From Amphiscolops sp. MND2022 (Eukaryota), in NCBI GenBank assembly GCA_964187785.1, contig OZ076414.1, positions 2,108,001 through 2,172,000 of the forward strand: DNA of 64,000 nt, read 5' to 3'. The position numbers were made by a program, and so were the translations under genes. Positions 58,240 through 64,000 of the stretch are shown here, one piece after another (the stretch's first letter is position 1; each line of letters opens with the position of its first letter). The notes beneath the pieces are model-generated. The model ran no database searches, was not told the origin of the DNA, and saw nothing but the letters and a program-made list of their open reading frames with translations.

Positions 58240-59093
58240 TTTTTAGTCGGCGCCTTTTCCCTTAAGGAAAAAAGCCCGACTATTACAATGGGTAGTTTTT
58301 TTAGTCGGCGCCTTTTCCCTCAAGAAAAAAGCCCGACTCTTACAGTGAGTAGTTTTTTTTGTTTTTTTTTGTTTTTTTTCAGTTGACAATATCACTCTGA
58401 GTGGTTCACTTTTCTTAATTTGTTCATCTTTCATATTTGTTCATCCTCGACCAAGCCGGAGAACGTGGGTTCGATTCTCGCACTAAACCATAAATTTTTT
58501 AATGCTTCCAAAAGTACAGGTGAGACCAAAGGGTCCCCCCTTTGGGTTTTTTCGGCACTATGCGACTTTTTTCGAAAATTTTCGAATTTTATCAAAGGGT
58601 ACCCCCTTGCATTTTTTTGAAGTTTTCGGTTTGTAGAAAACGTTGAATGAGCCTTAATGACCTATTTTTAGGTTTTTCGGCATTGTGCGACTTTTCTACC
58701 AAATACTTTTTTTGGGAAAAAAAAATTTTTTCCCAAATATTTCCAATAGTTGTTCCTTGAATATTTTTGAGCCTAAGATATGGCGCCGACTTGGGACGTT
58801 CCCGTCTTGTTTTCTTTTTCAGCTGACAATCTCACTCTGAATGGTCCACTTTTCTTACATTCTTACAATCTTAAATTTCTCAATTTCTTACAATTCTTAG
58901 CTTACGAAGTAGTATTTTTATATCATTTAAGAAACTCAACGGGGCCAAAGAGTATTTTCGGCTCTGTGAGACTTTTTTTTCGAAAAAAAATTCATAAAAG
59001 GGTCCCAATTCACCAATACTTTGACATTTTGAAGTCCTTTTGGTATTTTTGAGCCTTAGATATGGCGCCGACTTGGGCCGATCCCGGCTTGTT
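58240..59093 (+). mobile_element. Compound HINE-like cluster (doubled 5' end, two 3' ends)
   Basis: 5' modules at 58240 and ~58297; 3' hairpin ends at ~58812 and ~59093. Confidence 0.65.
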
Positions 59094-60926
59094 CGAACTT
59101 GAAGGGCTACTTCAGATATTTTCCTCATTGGGATTTTCCGGATCTTTGGGGAGCCACCCTTGAGCACTTACGACGCTCATGTCTTGTTGTTGCAAATCTA
59201 AGGATAAATGTATTTGGTAAACTTTTTAGCGTTTCTCAATTTTTTCATGATTGAAATTTGCCGTATAATGTTTTCTAATATGATATCGGTTACATGTTAA
59301 AATCTCTTACATTAAATACAGTCAACTCCGGTTAATTCGTATCCGGATAATTCGGATCTTCGTTTAATTCGTACGTCTTTGAGACCCCCATTTCAGGACG
59401 ACCAAAGTAAAATCATCCTGTTAATTCGTATTTCTCGTTATTCGTAGTATTTTATTCGGTCCCTAGCGATACGAATTAGGCGGATTCCACTGTACTATGT
59501 TAAAATCTAAGTAAAATGAAGTAATAAAAAATTGGTTGTATTATTCTGCCTTCCTCCATGTCGACCTGCGTCAAAACCAGCCTCTGGACCAATAGTGGCA
59601 CGTCGCTTCGCTTCGCTTCGCTCCTGCACTGAAGGCACTATCGGTATGTGATGGTAGCTCATCAGGACTGCGCAATTCAGATTTTCAATTCAACATAACA
59701 CCCATAATATCACTACCTAAATAATTCGTCTCGGAGTTTGCTTCCCTTTCCCGGACATATTTTTTTAGTCCAAGCATTCATTAGAGTGAGTGTACAGTGC
59801 TTTTACGCTCATGGTATCTTCATTCAAAGAAGAATCATTTACCGCCCAATAATAGTTCGTGCAATAATTGTTATCTTTCAACCCGCACGGAATTGTGTCG
59901 TGCAATGAATTTGAAAAAGTAATTGAATATTATATTACTGATGGAAATGAAGTAAATGCAGTCATTTTTAATGGATTGCTGGATTATGACAGAATGGGTT
60001 TCTTCTAATGTGAACCAATGCAACTATCTTTTATTTGTTTTGAGAGGAAACTTGTGAACTCGTTCCTTCGTGAAACTTTACAAAGTTAGTTCTGCCTTCC
60101 TTCCTCCCATCTCGAGTAGCCGCCGTTGGACTCCACTCAAAAGCTGCAGATTGATGATGGCACAGTGCAGAAATGCATCTCATCTCATAATTATGCTGCA
60201 GTGTTCTCATTCATTTATTTCATCACTCTCCAGCCCGTATTCAATCCAGCCAGTTACAGACCAAACGCGAACACAAACAAGGACGACCGACCGACGTATG
60301 AATTAATGGACTTGACTAGTACTGTACTTGAATCAAGTTGCTCATCCTAATTAAGAAGGGTAGGGTACTTTTCTAGTCTGCCTCCTCCAACCATTGTGTT
60401 GTAGCCTTTGATTGAGATAACTCAATTGAAAACGATTGATTCAGTCGATTGTATAGACCATGTGGCTGGTTCAAAGGATGTTTCTTTTTCAATCTACAGC
60501 AGCACGGTTGTGTTAGTCACAACATGTCATTCTCTAGACTTTAGTGAGGTGGTCGCATAATGCTGACCGCTTACGCTGCACATTACACCTTGAGTTTTTG
60601 AATGTTTCATTTTTCACTTCCAGAATCTACATTAAATTTCTATTTTGTGCAGCGTGTAAAGTAAGTTTGTGCACTTGTTTCAATCCAATGCTTCAGTTCA
60701 GGCGTGGAACTGACCGGAAGTGAAGGGTTTGAAACGTCGTTTTGTTCAATCTTGCATTGCAGCACATAAAATGTAGGGTAGGGATGCCATGGTGGGGGGG
60801 GGGGACTGGAAAAGTAGCCGAACAAGAATTGCTGCTATCATTTATGGAGTAACCCATGTGTCGTGTATGGTGACACCTTTTGTGTGTGTCGTGGACGAAC
60901 GAATTGTGGACATCTTGTTTTGCGCG

Positions 60927-61170
60927 ATGGATGCTGTTGACAAAGAGAGCAGCAGCGTCTCCAGTCTCATGAGCAACAACTCCTCTTGTTCGCCCCTGCA
61001 GCAGCAGCAACAGCCCCTGCACTCATCCCTCGACTCCTGCTTTTCCACCGGGGGAGGGGGAGGGGGGAAGGCGGGGTTAGGGAGAAGGAGGAGAAGGGCC
61101 ACCACCAATACATTCAATGCTGCGGCTGCCTCTTGTCTTCTATCCTCCCCCGAAGCAGCAGACAACACAG
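60927..61170 (+). CDS. Putative first coding exon (MDAVDKESSSVSSLMSNN...QQQQQ...GGGGGG...RRRRR), possibly an alternative CASK-like N-terminus
   Basis: GC-rich low-complexity ORF from ATG 60927 to the strong donor CAG|GTGAGC at 61171 (phase 1). The downstream partner exon is not in the window. Confidence 0.45.
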
Positions 61171-63313
61171 GTGAGCAGAGCAGGTGCACACAGATACAAG
61201 ACAAGACACGTGGAGCAAAGTTTCTTTTCCCCACATTTCCCCACACTGCACTTTCCACAGAAATTCATTCAACAATGCACTCAACTCCGCTTATAACGAT
61301 TGCCACCCGGGGACCGGCGTTTTTTAATCGTTATATCCGAATATCGTTATAGGCGAAAATATATACTAGCATCGTGGCCGGGACCGTGAAACTCGGAATA
61401 TAACCCGCAATAACCGGAATATCGTTATAAACGGAGGTGAGTGTAGTTTGAAAAGAGAAAATATTACCCGCAGTCATTTCCGTAGCTCATAACCAAAATA
61501 CATTCCCCTCGCCGTGGATTTCAATCTTTTCGTATAAGATCGCAACTTTACAATCTCTTGACATACTCCTCAAAACAACTACATACATCATGAAATGTGT
61601 GCAAAAAACATAACTACTTTTGGATCATCTTTGCAATGATTTTAAAAGAAATTATTCGGAAATCCTCGAGACTTTTCATATTGTCTTTTTCTCTGACCAT
61701 CTTCCAAGGTTCTTTGTTAAGACTTGAAATGGTCTTCTAAGTGATTTTTTTTCAGTCTTCAGTTATTCCAAATATTACAATGATTGAGCAGAATGAAGGA
61801 ATATTAAATCCAAAATCGCAGTTTTCTATTCTACTTTCCCCATCTCAATCATTGGTGAACTTTTCTAAATCGGCAGTTAAATCGATGGCGGCGCTTTGAT
61901 CAAAACTCTCTTTGATAATCTTGGATAACTCTTTTGTAGAATGATAAGCCAATTCTGTGGGAAATCAATTTTGACAGCGACCCAATTCATTGGCCCATTG
62001 GTTGGATAAGCTAAATCATTGCTGATGTAGAAAATCTATGCTTCCAATGAACTGAATTTGGTGGTTAATTATGGAGAACTGTCATTGCTTGACATTTATT
62101 ACTTTTTGTTTTGATTAATTTGTGGGGAAATGGAAAAACTTGCTTGTAGAATAGTGTATTGACCAAATACTACGATTCTCATACTAATGATTGAGAAAAA
62201 CAACCGTCGATAGCTTTTGCAGTCTTAAATGAGAAAGAACATCTACTCTTTCTTTGTTGAAAATTTACATGCTAAGCGACATTTTTCATCTGCACTACGT
62301 AGTGCACTAATTTTCGACTATTTATGCAATCGTGTCTGTCGTTTTTTGTTTTTTCTTCTCCCGAACCTTCAGTGAAAATTTCGCATTTCTCGAAAACTAT
62401 CCATGCGATTTTTATAAATTATAAAATTTGGCACTGTTATTTGACACCCAAAGGTGCTTCTTCGTTCACAATGGCAGCAATATTGAATGACTGGGATCTG
62501 AGAAAGATAGCCAAAATTAGTCCGAAAATGACCAAAAATGGCCATTTTCGGCCTTTTTCGATTTTCTCAGAAACTGTCGACACGATTGGAACGCAACTTT
62601 TTACAGTCATTCTACACTGTATTAGGGCTCATTGTGTGCAATTACATCAAAATCGTATGACTGGGATCTGCGAAACATAGCCTAAATTAGTTTTAAAAAT
62701 ACCAAATGACAAAATACGTACTTTGTTTTTCAATATTCCAATCCGTTTCCGACTCCTTTACCGCACATGCGCCTCTGGTTTACCAACTTTCAAGCAGTTG
62801 ATTCGAATCGTCTGCGGTGACAAATTGACTTTTAGTGCTATAGGTGTGTGTGTGAAATGAATGAGTGAGAAAAGAATTGCTTATCCTTATGTCAGGGTTG
62901 GCTGATTATAATCAAACGATTGTAATCAACTTGATTAGAAGTATAAAGCCTCGGATGGACATCTTACTCTACCTACCATTCTCTAACTCAGGGTTTTGAC
63001 ATCGCCGCTAATTTTTTTGCTAAACCGCTAATTTCAAAATCTATTTCGCTGAAAAATTTTTATTTCAAACTATTAAATGTTTGAATTCATGTTTTGAAAT
63101 CAAATGATTACTTAATTCAATTTTTGCAAGAAAATTTGTCATACTGTTAAAAAGTTAATTTTTTTATTAGTTGCGGCTAATAAAATCGTTGCAAAATTTC
63201 TGCGCGGCCGCTAATTCGCTGATTAGTAGCGGTGTCAAAACTACTTTATTCGACTTCGTTTCTTGCAACCAACTCAGTGAAGTTAGGCTAACTAACTAAC
63301 GTACCTTACTTAC

Positions 63314-63569
63314 CTCCTCCCGAGGTGGTCAATACACTGTCTGTGGCTGTGGGGCATAGGGCCCAAGGGGTGTCGGGTCTCCCATTTGCGAGTGGGGGGC
63401 GACAGAATGGTGGGGGAGAAGAGTGGCTGCTGTGAGTGTGGGAGGTGGCAGCCCGTGGACGACGACAGAGCAGCGAGTCCGTGTGAGACTCAGGCTTGCT
63501 CCCACAACAACAACCAGCACCGCTCACACAACATCCTCTGCCCCGCTTCTCAGGCATGCCGCCATGCAT
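63314..63569 (-). CDS. Possible minus-strand exon
   Basis: GC-rich ORF from ATG 63569 ending at a perfect donor GAG|GTAAGT (63313). No recognisable domain. Confidence 0.25.
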
Positions 63570-64000
63570 AATGTTATAACATAAACACCCCCGTGCAATG
63601 TCCCCTCTGTCTTGATCAGATCATCCTCAACACTACACACATCATCGTGAAATGTCTGCAAAAATTAGTTTCTTAGGGAAGTCTTGCCATCAAGTGTGTA
63701 CAAAAAACGAAACTTCTTCGGAAGATCTGTGCAATATATTTAAAAGAAAACTCATTTGCTTGCACGGAATATTCACGTGAAAAGTGTTCGATTACTGATT
63801 GTACTATTAATAGGGGACCAGGCCAATTTTGACCTTGGAAGAGTCAAACTTTGACCTAACGATTCCTAAATTTTGACTTTTTTATGATGAAAATTTAAAT
63901 CACAATGATTGAAATGGGAATGAAATTTTTCTTATATTTATCTGGCAGAACGTTTCGGTCTTTATTAGTCATTCATCTCAGTGGTGAAAAACTGCGTTCT

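Noticed and set aside
61500-61800. Possible LTR-retrotransposon RT remnant (related text near 63630-63780)
   Set aside because: Too degenerate: no intact YxDD motif and no reading frame.

Overview
This is animal (metazoan) genomic DNA. Most of the window is one intron-rich, plus-strand CASK/Lin-2-like gene. Nine coding exons were reconstructed between 2685 and 32592, all with compatible splice phases, covering the CaMK-like domain, the CaM-binding helix and the start of L27. A probable alternative first exon lies at 60927-61170. The 17-kb intron 15458-32496 holds a complete, young, 13,882-bp Maverick/Polinton (adintovirus-like endogenous virus) at 15665-29546. It has AGTAGT...ACTACT ends, ~245-bp TIRs and a 6-bp TSD (CATACC/CATAGC), and it is inserted into a Helentron-type non-autonomous repeat. 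It encodes a packaging ATPase, rve integrase, penton, major capsid protein, adenain-like protease, core-like proteins and a protein-primed PolB. Four features stand out: (i) the integrase has an N-terminal PHD finger and no C-terminal chromodomain; (ii) the PolB gene appears to be split by three short phase-1 GT-AG introns, which join a C2H2-zinc-finger N-terminus, the polymerase and an acidic/poly-Ser tail into one ~1,427-aa protein; (iii) there is a small GPG...HD (PLA2-like) ORF; (iv) only three lesions remain, all single-base losses in homopolymers. The rest of the window is a dense mix of HINE/Helentron-like repeats, MITEs of several superfamilies, SINE heads, TE fragments, a histone H2A pseudogene and local duplications. 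All protein calls come from motif recognition by eye; no database search was run.
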